A stretch of 64,000 nt of DNA from an uncultured Acidobacteriaceae bacterium (GTDB taxonomy: Bacteria > Acidobacteriota > Terriglobia > Terriglobales > Acidobacteriaceae): the NCBI GenBank assembly GCA_963807655.1, contig CAWEDF010000031.1, positions 75,055-139,054 on the forward strand, given 5' to 3'. The notes beneath the pieces were generated by a model, which ran no database searches, was not told the DNA's origin, and saw only the letters and a program-made list of their open reading frames with translations. This document shows, in pieces, positions 29,625 to 39,931 of this stretch (positions are counted from its first letter, which is position 1; every line of letters begins with the position of its first letter). Made by a program: the position numbers and the translations under genes.

Positions 29625-30002
29625 ATGTTTGAAGTAACGGTTGACGATACGTTCGCGGCGGGACATTACCTGCGCAACTACAAAGGCAAGTGCGAAAATC
29701 CGCACGGCCATAACTACAAGATCCGCGTGACGCTGGCCGGAGCGGAGCTGGACAAGGCCGGTCTGCTGCTCGATTTCAAGGATCTGCGTGAGGTGATGAA
29801 GCACGTCATCGAGCGCCTCGATCATCAGATGATCAATGACATTGAGCCGTTTACGGTGATCAACCCGTCTGCAGAAAATCTGGCAAAGTATTTTTATGAC
29901 GAATCGAACGCACGGCTGAAGAGCGTGACCAACGGCCGCGTACGGGTTAAGAACGTAACGGTTTACGAGACGGATACAACTACCGCGACATACAGTGAAT
30001 AG
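29625..30002 (+). CDS. queD: 6-carboxy-5,6,7,8-tetrahydropterin synthase
   Basis: 125 aa with FAAGHYLRNYKGKCENPHGHNY (PTPS/QueD zinc and catalytic motif). Confidence 0.9.
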   Translation: MFEVTVDDTFAAGHYLRNYKGKCENPHGHNYKIRVTLAGAELDKAGLLLDFKDLREVMKHVIERLDHQMINDIEPFTVINPSAENLAKYFYDESNARLKSVTNGRVRVKNVTVYETDTTTATYSE

Positions 30003-30008
30003 TCAGGT

Positions 30009-30463
30009 GCCAGCCGCCAGTTGCCAGTTGCCGGTAGTACGATGACGGGAAGGGATCAAGATGGGACGATCCTACAAAGACTTGGTGGCTTGGCAGAAAT
30101 CGATGGGTCTGGTCACAACCACTTACCGCGCCACTGCGGGATTTCCGAGAGATGAATTATTCGGACTCACATCACAGCTTCGTCGCGCCGCCGTCTCGAT
30201 TCCGAGTAATATCGCCGAGGGTCAGGGCCGCCTCTCCGAGAAGGAATTCCGATTTTTTCTGGGACAAGCCAGAGGCTCCCTGATGGAAGTTGAACCTCAG
30301 CTGCAGATTGCCGAAAATCTTGGCTATTTGCAAAAAGAACAAACGAGTTCACTGTTGCAATCGTGCGCTGAAGTAGGGCGAATTCTGAACGGTCTACTGG
30401 CATCGGTTTCGAGCCAGGTTGAATCGTAAGACTGGAAACTGGAAGCTGGCGGCTGGCAACTGG
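30009..30463. repeat. Inverted ~30-nt arms (30009-30034 and 30430-30463) of CCAGTTG-type units bracketing the second four-helix-bundle ORF
   Basis: Left arm is gccagccgccagttgccagttgccgg. The reverse complement of the right arm, ccagttgccagccgccagcttccagtttccagtc, shares the gccagccgccag core plus flanking units. Confidence 0.75.
30061..30429 (+). CDS. Four-helix-bundle protein (Avd-like / 23S rRNA IVS protein family), second copy
   Basis: 122 aa with YKDLVAWQKSM..., FGLTSQLRRAAVSIPSNIAEG and ARGSLMEVE. Confidence 0.85.
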   Translation: MGRSYKDLVAWQKSMGLVTTTYRATAGFPRDELFGLTSQLRRAAVSIPSNIAEGQGRLSEKEFRFFLGQARGSLMEVEPQLQIAENLGYLQKEQTSSLLQSCAEVGRILNGLLASVSSQVES

Positions 30464-30467
30464 TTAA

Positions 30468-31152
30468 ATGCAGATCACCGAAATCTATAAATCGCTGCAG
30501 GGAGAGTCGACGCATGCTAGGTTTGCCGTGCGTCTTTGTCCGGCTGACCGGATGTAATCTGCGCTGCTCCTGGTGCGACAGCGAGTATACGTTTCAGGGC
30601 GGGCGCAAAATGACTTCCGAAGAAGTCTGGGACGAGGTGATGCGGCTTAGCCCTAACGGCGGCCTGGTCGAGATCACCGGCGGCGAGCCCATGCTGCAGG
30701 AGCGCGAACTGGTTCCGCTGATGCGGCAGTTGCTCGAGGCCGGCTATCGAGTGCTGCTGGAGACCAGCGGAGAGCGGCCCCTGGAGCGGGTTCCCGCCGG
30801 AGTCATCAAGATCGTGGACGTGAAGTGTCCAGATTCGGGGGAGGCCTACACCTTTCACCTCGAGAATCTGGAAGCCCTGACCACGCACGATGAAGTCAAG
30901 TTCGTGCTGAGCGGACGCGCGGACTATGAATTTGCCCGGGATTTCACCCACCGGCATCGTCTGGCCGAGCGCGTGAATGCGGTACTATTCTCGCCGGCGT
31001 TTCGCAAAGATGCCTCCGGAGCGCGGGATAGTTCGCACTGCCTGCTCGATCCCCAGGAATTAGCCGAGTGGATGCTCGCCGATGACGTTCCGGCGCGCCT
31101 GGGATTGCAATTGCACAAATTTGTCTGGGACCCGGCGCTGAGGGGCGTTTAA
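30468..31152 (+). pseudogene. queE: 7-carboxy-7-deazaguanine synthase (radical SAM), one-base insertion near 30519
   Basis: The ATG at 30468 gives MQITEIYKSLQGESTHA, then the frame breaks. ORF 30514..31152 continues GLPCVFVRLTGCNLRCSWCD. Deleting a30519 joins them. Confidence 0.85.
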
Positions 31153-31153
31153 A

Positions 31154-31248
31154 CCAATTGTTGATTGTTGATTGATGATTGATGATTGGAAACCCTTCCG
31201 CAGTCCGGCTCTTTCAATCAACAATCAGCAATCAACAATCATCAATTG
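31154..31248. repeat. ORF-less long hairpin of NTGATTG 7-nt units between queE and queC
   Basis: Left arm is caattgttgattgttgattgatgattgatgattg. The reverse complement of the right arm is caattgatgattgttgattgctgattgttgattg. About 30 of 34 positions match. Confidence 0.75.
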
Positions 31249-31260
31249 CCTTTGACAGAG

Positions 31261-31968
31261 ATGCCCCATCCAACCAAGTCCCGCGCCGTCGTCCTGCTCA
31301 GCGGAGGAATGGATTCCTGCGTATGCGCAGCACTCGCGGCCCGCGACCATACTGCCGCGGCGCTGCACGTCAGTTATGGACAGCGCACCGAAGACCGCGA
31401 GCGGCAAGCTTTCATCGCAATCTGCCACCGCCTGAACATTCAGGATAAGCTCTTAGTGCGCAACGAGGCGCTGCGCGCCATCGGCGGCTCTGCCCTGACC
31501 GACGAAAATATTCCCGTGCCCAGCGGCGAGGCACTTGGCAACGCCATTGGCCGCGACATTCCGGTAACCTATGTGCCCTTTCGCAACGCCCATTTCCTGG
31601 CCGCCGCGGTAAGCTGGGCCGAAGTGGTGGGGGCCGAGAAAGTCTATATCGGCGCCGTAGAGCAGGACAGTTCCGGCTATCCCGATTGCCGGCCGGCGTA
31701 TTATGAAGCGTTCAACCGGGTGATCAAGGCGGGGACGAAAGAGGGAACCATCGAAATCATCACCCCGCTCATTCGCCTTCGCAAAGCCGAAATTGTGCGG
31801 CTGGGCCTTGAATTAGGCGCGCCATTCGATTTAACTTGGTCATGCTACAGCCGCCAGGATCGGGCGTGCGGCGTCTGTGATAGCTGCGGGTTGCGGCTGC
31901 GGGCCTTTGCCGCTGCGGGAGCCAGGGACCCGATTCCGTATGCCGAGAAAGAAATTGTTGAATTGTGA
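31261..31968 (+). CDS. queC: 7-cyano-7-deazaguanine synthase
   Basis: From the ATG at 31261: AVVLLSGGMDSCV (PP-loop), then a C-terminal Cys cluster CYSRQDRACGVCDSC. Confidence 0.9.
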   Translation: MPHPTKSRAVVLLSGGMDSCVCAALAARDHTAAALHVSYGQRTEDRERQAFIAICHRLNIQDKLLVRNEALRAIGGSALTDENIPVPSGEALGNAIGRDIPVTYVPFRNAHFLAAAVSWAEVVGAEKVYIGAVEQDSSGYPDCRPAYYEAFNRVIKAGTKEGTIEIITPLIRLRKAEIVRLGLELGAPFDLTWSCYSRQDRACGVCDSCGLRLRAFAAAGARDPIPYAEKEIVEL

Positions 31969-32061
31969 TGGTTGACTGAAATGGAAAAGGGACTCGCGCA
32001 CGTTTTTCAATCAACCATCAGAAATCAATCAATCAGCACTGTTTTCCGCCGGGAGGCCGCC

Positions 32062-33225
32062 ATGAAAAAGCATTTCGCAGTGTTCGTGTTCGTTCTCTTA
32101 ATGCTGGGACTGTGTGTGCCCCCGGTTTTCTCGCAGGCTTCGGGAACGGTCAAGGGCGTATGCAAGGACTCACAAGGCAACCCCATCGTGGATGGAATCG
32201 TCGTATTCGCGAATCAGGATACTGGCCAGAAATACACTCTCAAGACCAACAAGAAGGGCGAGTATTTTTCGCTGGGCATCGCAACCGGCAATTACAAGGT
32301 CTCGCTCTACAAAAATGCCGACGATGTCAAAGCTGATAAGGACTTGTTCCACGCCAACGGATTTCACGTGCAACTGGACGAGAATGTCCTGGATTTCGAT
32401 CTAAAAAAGGAAGCGGAAAAAACTGCCCAGGGCCAGGGCTTGAGCCAGGAACAAATCAAGCAGATGCAGGAGGCGCAGGAAAAGCAAAAGAAGGAAGTCA
32501 ACACCATTAAAACTTTGAACGAAAAGATCGTTGCGGCGAACACCGCGATGAAGGCTGGAGACCCCGATACCGCGGTCGCTACCCTGACCGAAGCCTCGCA
32601 GATGGATGCGACGCGCGACGTAATCTGGGCGCAACTCGCCGACGCCTACCGCGGTTCGGCGTTGAAGAAGACGGATTCCGCGGAGAAGTCGAAGCGCCTG
32701 CAGGAAGCTGTAGCCGATTATCAGAAGGCCATTGAAATCAAGCAGAAAAACATGGAGGCCGCCGCCAAGAAGGATCCCGAGGATAACAAACGCCTTGCCT
32801 CGTATTACAACAACATGGGCGAGGCCAACGGCAAGGCCGGCAAGATCGACGATGCCGTGAAGGCCTACAACCAGGCGGCGCAGGTGAATCCTGAAGGCGC
32901 CGCAGGCTATTACTACAACGCCGGCGCGGTGTTGACCAATGCCGGCAAAGGCGACGACGCGATCGCGGCCTTCGACAAATCCATCGCAGCCGATCCCAAT
33001 AAAGCGGACGCCTATTACCAGAAGGGCGTCAACCTGATTGGCAAGGCCACCCTGCAAGGCGATAAGATGGTCGCGCCCCCGGGCACAGCCGAGGCCTTCC
33101 AGAAGTATCTTGAACTCGCGCCTACCGGCCCCAATGCCGACGTAGCCAAGCAGATGCTGGCCAGCATCGGTGCTCCCGTGGAAACCAGCCTTGGTACGAA
33201 AAAGAAAGCCGCCCCCAAAAAATAA
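32062..33225 (+). CDS. Secreted protein: carboxypeptidase-regulatory-like domain followed by TPR repeats
   Basis: ATG at 32062 follows gggagg. Signal peptide, then GTVKGVCKDSQGNPIVDGIVVF...GNYKVSLY, then TPR-like AxxYYxKG repeats. Confidence 0.7.
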   Translation: MKKHFAVFVFVLLMLGLCVPPVFSQASGTVKGVCKDSQGNPIVDGIVVFANQDTGQKYTLKTNKKGEYFSLGIATGNYKVSLYKNADDVKADKDLFHANGFHVQLDENVLDFDLKKEAEKTAQGQGLSQEQIKQMQEAQEKQKKEVNTIKTLNEKIVAANTAMKAGDPDTAVATLTEASQMDATRDVIWAQLADAYRGSALKKTDSAEKSKRLQEAVADYQKAIEIKQKNMEAAAKKDPEDNKRLASYYNNMGEANGKAGKIDDAVKAYNQAAQVNPEGAAGYYYNAGAVLTNAGKGDDAIAAFDKSIAADPNKADAYYQKGVNLIGKATLQGDKMVAPPGTAEAFQKYLELAPTGPNADVAKQMLASIGAPVETSLGTKKKAAPKK

Positions 33226-33250
33226 GTTCCAGACGTTTCGAGTACGAGGG

Positions 33251-33383
33251 TTCGTATCAGGGCACGCCTTCAGGTGTGCCGGAAGCGGTCGCCATTGGTT
33301 GCGCCTTCAGGCGCTGTCGGGGGCTGAAGCCCATTCTCTCTTCGAAATCAATTCGCATGGCTGAAGCCATGCCCTGATACGAA
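33251..33383. repeat. Composite REP element: terminal inverted repeat ttcgtatcagggc/gccctgatacgaa enclosing four GGCTTCAGCC-type hairpins
   Basis: Internal hairpins are ggcacgccttcaggtgtgcc, gcgccttcaggcgc, gggctgaagccc and gcatggctgaagccatgc. Confidence 0.8.
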
Positions 33384-33616
33384 TCTCCCAAATCAAGGAT
33401 GACAAGCTACCCAAACGAAATAAAGTTTCGGGAAGGGGAGCCAGCAAGATTCTGACGCTACGGGACCGCCCGATCCCACGTTACTAACGACCATGTCCTA
33501 TCTGTCCCTACGTCTCTTCCGCCAGCGCGGTAAAGTGTAGGTATCGGCTAAACTCCTTGGACTGTCCCTACTGTGGTGCGTGCAATTCCCTAAGGGTAAC
33601 GACGATTGAGGATGGA

Positions 33617-34762
33617 ATGGCATCTCCTGGCAGCGCCGCAATTTCAGTTTCTTTGGAAGGTTATTCCGGTAGCGGCAAAGTGGCGACGCCCGCTTTGCTG
33701 GGCGCGATGTTGCGCGCCGCCGACCAAATCAGCGATCTCGTCTTTTCTCCCGGCCGCCCTCCCCAGGTGCAGGTTCACGGCCAGCTTATTCCTGTTGAGG
33801 TGGCGGGATTGGCCGCGCTCACCCCCGATAACACGCGCCAGATTGCCGTCGATCTGATTGGCGAGAACAAGCAGGCCATCGCCACCCTGCGCGAGCACGG
33901 CTCCTGCGACATTTCGTTCGGCCTGGCGGGCATCGCGCGCTTTCGTGTCAACGTCTTCATCCAGCGTGGCAGTTGCGCGGTCGTGATGCGCGTGATTCCC
34001 ACCGGCATCCCCGACTTTGCTTCGCTCCGTTTGCCCTCGCACCTCGCCGATATAGCCAGCCTGCGCGATGGAATCGTGCTGGTCACCGGGCCCGCCGGAT
34101 CCGGCAAGTCCTCCACCCTGGCCGTGCTGCTCGATTGCATCAATCGCGAGCGCAACTACCACATCATCACCATTGAAGATCCCATCGAGTTTCTGCACAA
34201 CCATAAAAGCTCAACCGTTCATCAGCGCGAACTGCATAGCGACACTCCCAGCTTCGCTCACGCTCTGCGCGCCGCGCTGCGGCAGGCGCCAAAAGTCATT
34301 CTGGTCGGCGAGATGCGCGACCGCGAAACTATCGAGAGCGTCCTGGAAGCGGCCGAAACCGGCCACCTGGTGCTTTCCAGCCTGAACACCATGGATGCAC
34401 CCAAGACCGTCGATCGCATCGTCAGTTCGTTCTCGCCTGGGGAGCAACAAAGTGTCCGCGAGCGTTTCGCCAAATCATTCCGCTACATCCTGTGCCAGCG
34501 CCTCTTGCCCAAGGCCGATCGCAGCGGCCGTATTCCAGTCGCCGAAATCCTAAAAGCCAATGCGCGCACCAGGGAGTGCGTCGAAAAAGGCGAGCGCGAC
34601 GGCAGGACCCTGCTCGACGCCATGAAGGCCGGCGCGTCTGAAGGCATGCAACACTTCGACGGCGAAATCGCCCAACTGGTCCGCGACCGCGTAGTGGATC
34701 TCGAAACCGGCCTGTCTTACGCCAGCAATCCCACGGTGCTGGGGCAGGAACTGGCTCGATAA
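33617..34762 (+). CDS. pilT: Type IV pilus retraction ATPase (PilT/PilU family)
   Basis: GPAGSGKSST (Walker A), ITIEDPIEF, ILVGEMRD. I prefer the ATG at 33617. Confidence 0.85.
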   Translation: MASPGSAAISVSLEGYSGSGKVATPALLGAMLRAADQISDLVFSPGRPPQVQVHGQLIPVEVAGLAALTPDNTRQIAVDLIGENKQAIATLREHGSCDISFGLAGIARFRVNVFIQRGSCAVVMRVIPTGIPDFASLRLPSHLADIASLRDGIVLVTGPAGSGKSSTLAVLLDCINRERNYHIITIEDPIEFLHNHKSSTVHQRELHSDTPSFAHALRAALRQAPKVILVGEMRDRETIESVLEAAETGHLVLSSLNTMDAPKTVDRIVSSFSPGEQQSVRERFAKSFRYILCQRLLPKADRSGRIPVAEILKANARTRECVEKGERDGRTLLDAMKAGASEGMQHFDGEIAQLVRDRVVDLETGLSYASNPTVLGQELAR

Positions 34763-34787
34763 AAAAGCGCCGTCTGCTTTTCATTTT

Positions 34788-35357
34788 TCACCATCGCTCG
34801 TCTGCGGCAGAAATTCCCAAGTCCACCAAACTAGCAAAGGATGGAACCATCTTCTGCAGTCTCTGCGTTATGAACGACCGTTCCTTGCCCAGAGCTGCCG
34901 CTTGGGAGTCGAGCTTCTCCAAGGCCGACTCGGGAGCGAGATGGAACTGCCGCACCAGGAATCGGTCCGGAGTGTGGCAAGAAACGCCATAATGTCGAAT
35001 GCATTCAAGCGGGAAATGCCTCATGTTGAAGGTAACGATGGCGTCGGCCGAGCCAGAAATAGCCGCAGCCACGACGTGCCGATCGTTGGGATCGGGAATG
35101 CAAGTGATGGCCTCGGCTAGATCGATGGGGACGTTTACTTCAGCATCGGGAAAGGCGCTTCGCATCGAGTGAAGCCGCCGCTGTCGCTGGAACGGTGTTC
35201 GCTTTAATTTTTTTTCCAGGGCATCGCCGACCTCAAACAGAATTTGTTCGCTCCAAAGAGGACGATAACTGGCAGGCTCTTCAGCGAAACGAAGTAGCGT
35301 ATCGCACAGAGGCATGGGAACCAACACACATGCATCCAGGACCACGGTGTAATTCAT
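34788..35357 (-). CDS. PIN-domain toxin (type II TA)
   Basis: 189 aa with N-terminal VVLDACVLV and a later acidic D (DPNDRHV). A 4-nt ATGA overlap joins it to the upstream HTH gene. Confidence 0.75.
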   Translation of the reverse strand: MNYTVVLDACVLVPMPLCDTLLRFAEEPASYRPLWSEQILFEVGDALEKKLKRTPFQRQRRLHSMRSAFPDAEVNVPIDLAEAITCIPDPNDRHVVAAAISGSADAIVTFNMRHFPLECIRHYGVSCHTPDRFLVRQFHLAPESALEKLDSQAAALGKERSFITQRLQKMVPSFASLVDLGISAADERW

Positions 35358-35869
35358 TGTCCTGCGCTGAAATCATCTGGCACCTGGTCATAGATGCCTT
35401 CCTCGTATTCCGCTCGGGCCAGATCGTCTAAAGTCTTGCGGCGAGAAAGATCGCGCTTCATCTTGTACGCCAGGACATCACGCGCGTACATACGCCGGTG
35501 CGTGCCCACCATGTGGAAAGGGATTTCGCCTTTTTCCAGGAGTCGAACCAGGAACTGCCTCGACATCCCAAGAATCTTGCTGGCCTCGATGGTAGTGAAC
35601 TCGTGGCGGTTTTGCAGCAGGGTGACCGGTCGACCCGCCCGCAGATCCGCCAGTATCCGAAGCAAGAACGAGTAAAGGTTGTTGGGCAGAATTTCCGCTC
35701 TACCATCTGGCCCAACGAGCTTCGCTTCCACCTCGCGCAGCTTCGAGTAGGTCTCGACCAACTCCCTTTGTTCCTTCAGAAAAATATCCAGCGTCGGCCT
35801 TTCGCCGCTTTGCCCCATCGGAACCCGCCTTCGCTCGAAAGCTAGAACTGGGTGAATTGTAGCAGTCAA
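35354..35869 (-). CDS. Excisionase-type helix-turn-helix DNA-binding protein, putative antitoxin
   Basis: 171 aa. TTIEASKILGMSRQFLVRLLEKGEIPFHMVGTHRR resembles an HTH_17/MerR-like excisionase domain. Overlaps the PIN gene. Confidence 0.7.
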   Translation of the reverse strand: MTATIHPVLAFERRRVPMGQSGERPTLDIFLKEQRELVETYSKLREVEAKLVGPDGRAEILPNNLYSFLLRILADLRAGRPVTLLQNRHEFTTIEASKILGMSRQFLVRLLEKGEIPFHMVGTHRRMYARDVLAYKMKRDLSRRKTLDDLARAEYEEGIYDQVPDDFSAGQ

Positions 35870-35933
35870 GTGCTATATATGCAACCATATGATTGCATTC
35901 CTAGCTTTCGGAAGGGACGCGCTTGCCGAATTC

Positions 35934-38590
35934 TCAGGGAAAATCAACATCCAGCGCGTAGATGTCTTGCGTACTCATGTCACGAACGTAAAGCCGGGAG
36001 TCGTCGGGGGCCTGGCCGCTCCACGATCCCCAGAATCCGAGATAGCGGCGCAGACCCGCCAAACCGAAGAGGTCCTCGGGACGGTTATCCCCAACCTTAA
36101 TGCGGTGGCACTTGGGATTCTCCACACCGAAGTTGTCGAAGTAGACGTAGCGGCTGTCCGATGACCAATACGGATAGTTCACGCTGGCTTCCGTGTGCCA
36201 CTCCGACCACTTCTGCGTGCGGAAATCATATAGCATGAGCTTATGCGAGCCCTCGACACTGACGGCGGCCAGGTAACGGCCGTCGGGAGACCAGCGCGGG
36301 GAAAACAGGCCTTTGGAACCGGGAAAGGTGGAAGTCTGGCGGGTCTTCATATCCACCAGCTGAATGTCCTTGGTTACGGTGTTCATGGCGGAAAGCCGTC
36401 CGAAAGCAAGCTGGGTGCCATCCGGAGACCATGTAGCGTCTATTTCCCCGACGTTTTCCGGCAATAGCTCCTGAGGGGAGCCGCCTTGCGCGGAAACCAG
36501 AAAGATCTTATATGGCTTTCCGGGTTGGCCGGAGATATAAGCGATTTGGCTTCCGTCGGGCGACCAGACTGGAAGCGAAGCTATCGAAGGCGGATAGCTA
36601 AGCTGCAGCCGTTCGCTGCCGTCCACACGGCTGCGCCACAGCGTTCCGTCGGGAATCGTGGCGTACGCGGCCCACTTGCCGTCGCGCAAGAAGGCGACAT
36701 CGGTCGCCGAAATTCCCCCCAGGAACGGAACAAATTGTTTCGCTGCAGGGTCGTAGCGTACGAGTTCCCCGCGCTGCTGCGTACCCTGCACAAATAGCTT
36801 GCGGCCATTGATATCCGGCAGAGCCGTAAAGTACAGGAGCGGGCCAGTCGTCAGTCGGGTGGGCGTCGCGGAAGCTTTGCGGAAAATGCTGGCGGAGTCC
36901 GCGAGAGCAAAGATGTCACCGGTTGACGGGCCGGCTTGACGGTGCCGCTTTCGAAGAGGTAGTGCCGCCCGTCCGCGGTCCAGCGGCCACAGCATTCCGT
37001 CGGTGGGGTGTGCCATCCTTTTAGCAGTTGATGCAGATTGGATCCGTCGGCGCGAACTTCCCACAATGAGTTGATGTTCGCCTGGTCCAGAACCGAAAAC
37101 CGAATGCGGCTTCCGTCGGGAGAAAAACTGGCAGCATAGGCGTAACCTGGCGCCGACACCAGAAGGTGCGCGGCACTCCCATCGGCGTTCGCCAGGTACA
37201 GATCGGATCCCTCGATAAACAGGAGCTGCCGCCCATCGGGCGACCATGTGCCTTCGCGGGCCGCGATGTCACCTAGCCGGCGAGGCGAACCCGTGGGCAA
37301 GGGCAAAAGCCAGAGGGGTACTACTCTGCTGCCCGTGCCCACGTTTGTACTGACTAGCAGTTGGGAATGGTCAGGCGAGATGTCATGGATCGTCATGCTC
37401 TTGATCGGCGCCGGAATTGCGGAACTCTCGCCGCCAGTCGTGGAAACCTGAGCCAAAACCAGACCCTCGGGACGGACTTGGGTGACATAGATACGCGTGC
37501 CATCCGTCAGCATGTTTCCAAACATGGGGAAACCGTCATGCGTGATCTGGGTGATTCCCGTGACCTTGGGCGGGCTTGGTGGAAGGAAAAACCAGATCAG
37601 GGCCGCTACTACTAACAGCACTGCCGTCGCAACCGCCCCCCAGATCCAGCGACGTTTATTTCCTGGAGACGGGGTGGCGGGCGCAACCGCGACGCTCACT
37701 CTGTCCGACGTGCTATCCCGCTTCAGCCGCTTCAAGTCGGCGCGGATTTCTGCAGCACTCTGATAACGGATCTCGCGGTCCTTCTCCAGAGCCTTGTCGA
37801 TGATATGTTCAAGCCCCGGCGGAAGATCGGGGTTGAGGCGCAGCGGTGGCGCGGGTTCCTTGTGGAGGATGGAATCGAAAACCGCGGCCGTGGTATCTCC
37901 GCGAAAGGGCAGGGTTCCGGTCGCCATCTCGTACAACACGGTGCCGAAAGAAAACACATCAGTGCGGGCGTCAAGCTCCTTGCCGAGCGTCTGCTCCGGT
38001 GACATGTAAGCCACAGTCCCCAGAGTGCTGCCGGCACTGGTTAGGTGCGGATTGTCGGCACTAGCGATGGTAGCCCCGTCCGGAGTGGCACTCGCTCGTG
38101 TTTTCGCCAATCCAAAATCGAGAATCTTGGCGTGTCCGCGCTCGGTCACGAACAGGTTCGCGGGCTTGATGTCACGGTGAACGATTCCCTTGGCATGGGC
38201 CGCATCGAGAGCATCGGCAATTTCGATCGCAATATCCAGCAAGCGGTCCAACTCAAGGCGCGGGCCCACAATCAGATCCCGGAGAGTCTTGCCTTCCAGA
38301 TACTCCATCACCAGAAAGAGGCGGCTCTCGTGCTCGCCAATTTCGTAAATCGTGCAGATGTTCGGATGATTCAGAGCCGAAGAAGCGCGAGCCTCACGCC
38401 GAAATCGCTCCAGCGCCTCCTCATCGTTCGCCAGGGCATCCGGGAGAAACTTGAGCGCGACAAAACGGTTGAGCTGGATGTCCTCGGCCTTGTAGACCAC
38501 ACCCATCCCGCCACCGCCGATTTTGCTCAGAACACGATAGTGGGAAACCGTCTGGCCAAGAATGGAAGGGGAATCAGGCACGCCGCACAT
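35934..38590 (-). pseudogene. Ser/Thr protein kinase with TM segment and TolB-like beta-propeller tail; frame change near 36920-36950
   Basis: ORF 36851..38590 has [19 protein letters not shown] and DFGLAK, then WSPDG repeats. ORF 35934..37247 continues the WSPDG/TolB-like repeats in another frame. Confidence 0.85.
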
Positions 38591-38672
38591 CTTAGCAGAC
38601 TGTCACGGCCATCGCGGCCAAAAGCGGCAGGTGAGTTTCTGCGGCTGCGCTTCCTTCCGCTATCATCTCCAC

Positions 38673-39917
38673 ATGCCCTCACCGCAATCCCTAGTCCTAA
38701 CCTTCGAAGACGCCCGCCGTGCCGTGGAGGAACACGCGTCGACCGTCGCTCCAGGAGCAGAAGAAACCGTAAACCTGCTCCAAGCTGCCGGGCGAGTGCT
38801 GGCAGAGCCCATCACCGCCGACCGCGACATCCCTCCCTTCCCGCGATCCACGCGCGACGGCTACGCCGTGCGCGCCGCCGATCTGACGAAACTTCCCATC
38901 AAGCTGAAGGTAATCGGAGAAATCAAAGCGGGACCGAGTCAAGTCTCATCCACATTGAATCGCGGCCAAGCATATTCCATCATGACCGGCGCCCCAGTGC
39001 CGCCAGGCGCGGACGCCCTCGTAATGGTCGAATACACCACGCCTCAAGGAGACTCTGTCGAAATAACAAACGCCGTCGCGCCGGGTGAAAACATCGTCGC
39101 TCAGGGAGCCGAGGCCAAAGGCGGCACGCTCCTGCTCGACCGGGGCACGCGGCTCAACGAAGCCGCCATCGCACTCGCGGCCTCGGTCGGAAAGTCGAAA
39201 CTGCAAGTGTTCGTTCGTCCGCGCATAGCCGTGCTTACCACAGGCGATGAGATCGTCGACGTCGATGTAGAGATTAGTCCGACGCAGATTCGCAACTCCA
39301 ACACCTATTCGCTGGCGGTCCAGATTGAGAGGGCCGGCGGCGAACCCGTGCTCTTGCCCATTGCTCCCGACGAGCCGCGCCGTCTGCGGCAACTGATCGA
39401 AGAAGGCCTGCGATCCGACCTGCTGATCATGACCGGCGGCGTCTCCATGGGACGCTACGACCTGGTAGAGCAGGTGCTAGCCGACTTGCAAGCCGAGTTC
39501 TTTTTCACAGGAGCAAAGATCCAGCCCGGAAGGCCCGTAGTATTCGGCCGAGTCCAAAACAAAAACTCACACAAATACTTCTTCGGTCTCCCCGGCAACC
39601 CCCTCTCGACCATGGTCACCTTCGAGCTGTTTGCCAGGCCCATCCTCGAAGCGTTGTCGGGATCGCCCCCGCGCCCCCTCACCTTCGTATATGCCCGCCT
39701 GAAATCGGACATTCACACCAAGACGGGACTGACAAGATTCCTGCCAGCAATACTTTCCGGCAAGCATGAAGACTCCCACGCAGAACTTGTCCCGTGGCAG
39801 GGATCGGGCGACGTCGCGGCCCGCTCACGAGCGAATTGCTACATCGTCATCCCTCCCGATGCCGAACACGTCCTGGCAGGCGAATGGATAGCCGTGATGC
39901 TGCCGCCTCCCATGTAA
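38673..39917 (+). CDS. moeA: Molybdopterin molybdenumtransferase
   Basis: From the ATG at 38673: PPFPRSTRDGYAV, MTGAPVP, TGGVSMG. Confidence 0.9.
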   Translation: MPSPQSLVLTFEDARRAVEEHASTVAPGAEETVNLLQAAGRVLAEPITADRDIPPFPRSTRDGYAVRAADLTKLPIKLKVIGEIKAGPSQVSSTLNRGQAYSIMTGAPVPPGADALVMVEYTTPQGDSVEITNAVAPGENIVAQGAEAKGGTLLLDRGTRLNEAAIALAASVGKSKLQVFVRPRIAVLTTGDEIVDVDVEISPTQIRNSNTYSLAVQIERAGGEPVLLPIAPDEPRRLRQLIEEGLRSDLLIMTGGVSMGRYDLVEQVLADLQAEFFFTGAKIQPGRPVVFGRVQNKNSHKYFFGLPGNPLSTMVTFELFARPILEALSGSPPRPLTFVYARLKSDIHTKTGLTRFLPAILSGKHEDSHAELVPWQGSGDVAARSRANCYIVIPPDAEHVLAGEWIAVMLPPPM

Positions 39918-39931
39918 GATAGAACTTCTGC

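Noticed and set aside
33557-33616. A CPYCGAC zinc-ribbon-like N-terminal extension of pilT from a TTG start.
   Set aside because: The ATG at 33617 has a better upstream purine-rich element and matches the usual PilT N-terminus. The extension is probably fortuitous.
38591-38672. Possible Moco riboswitch upstream of moeA.
   Set aside because: The spacer is only about 80 nt, shorter than the roughly 130-nt Moco RNA motif, and I see none of its conserved features.
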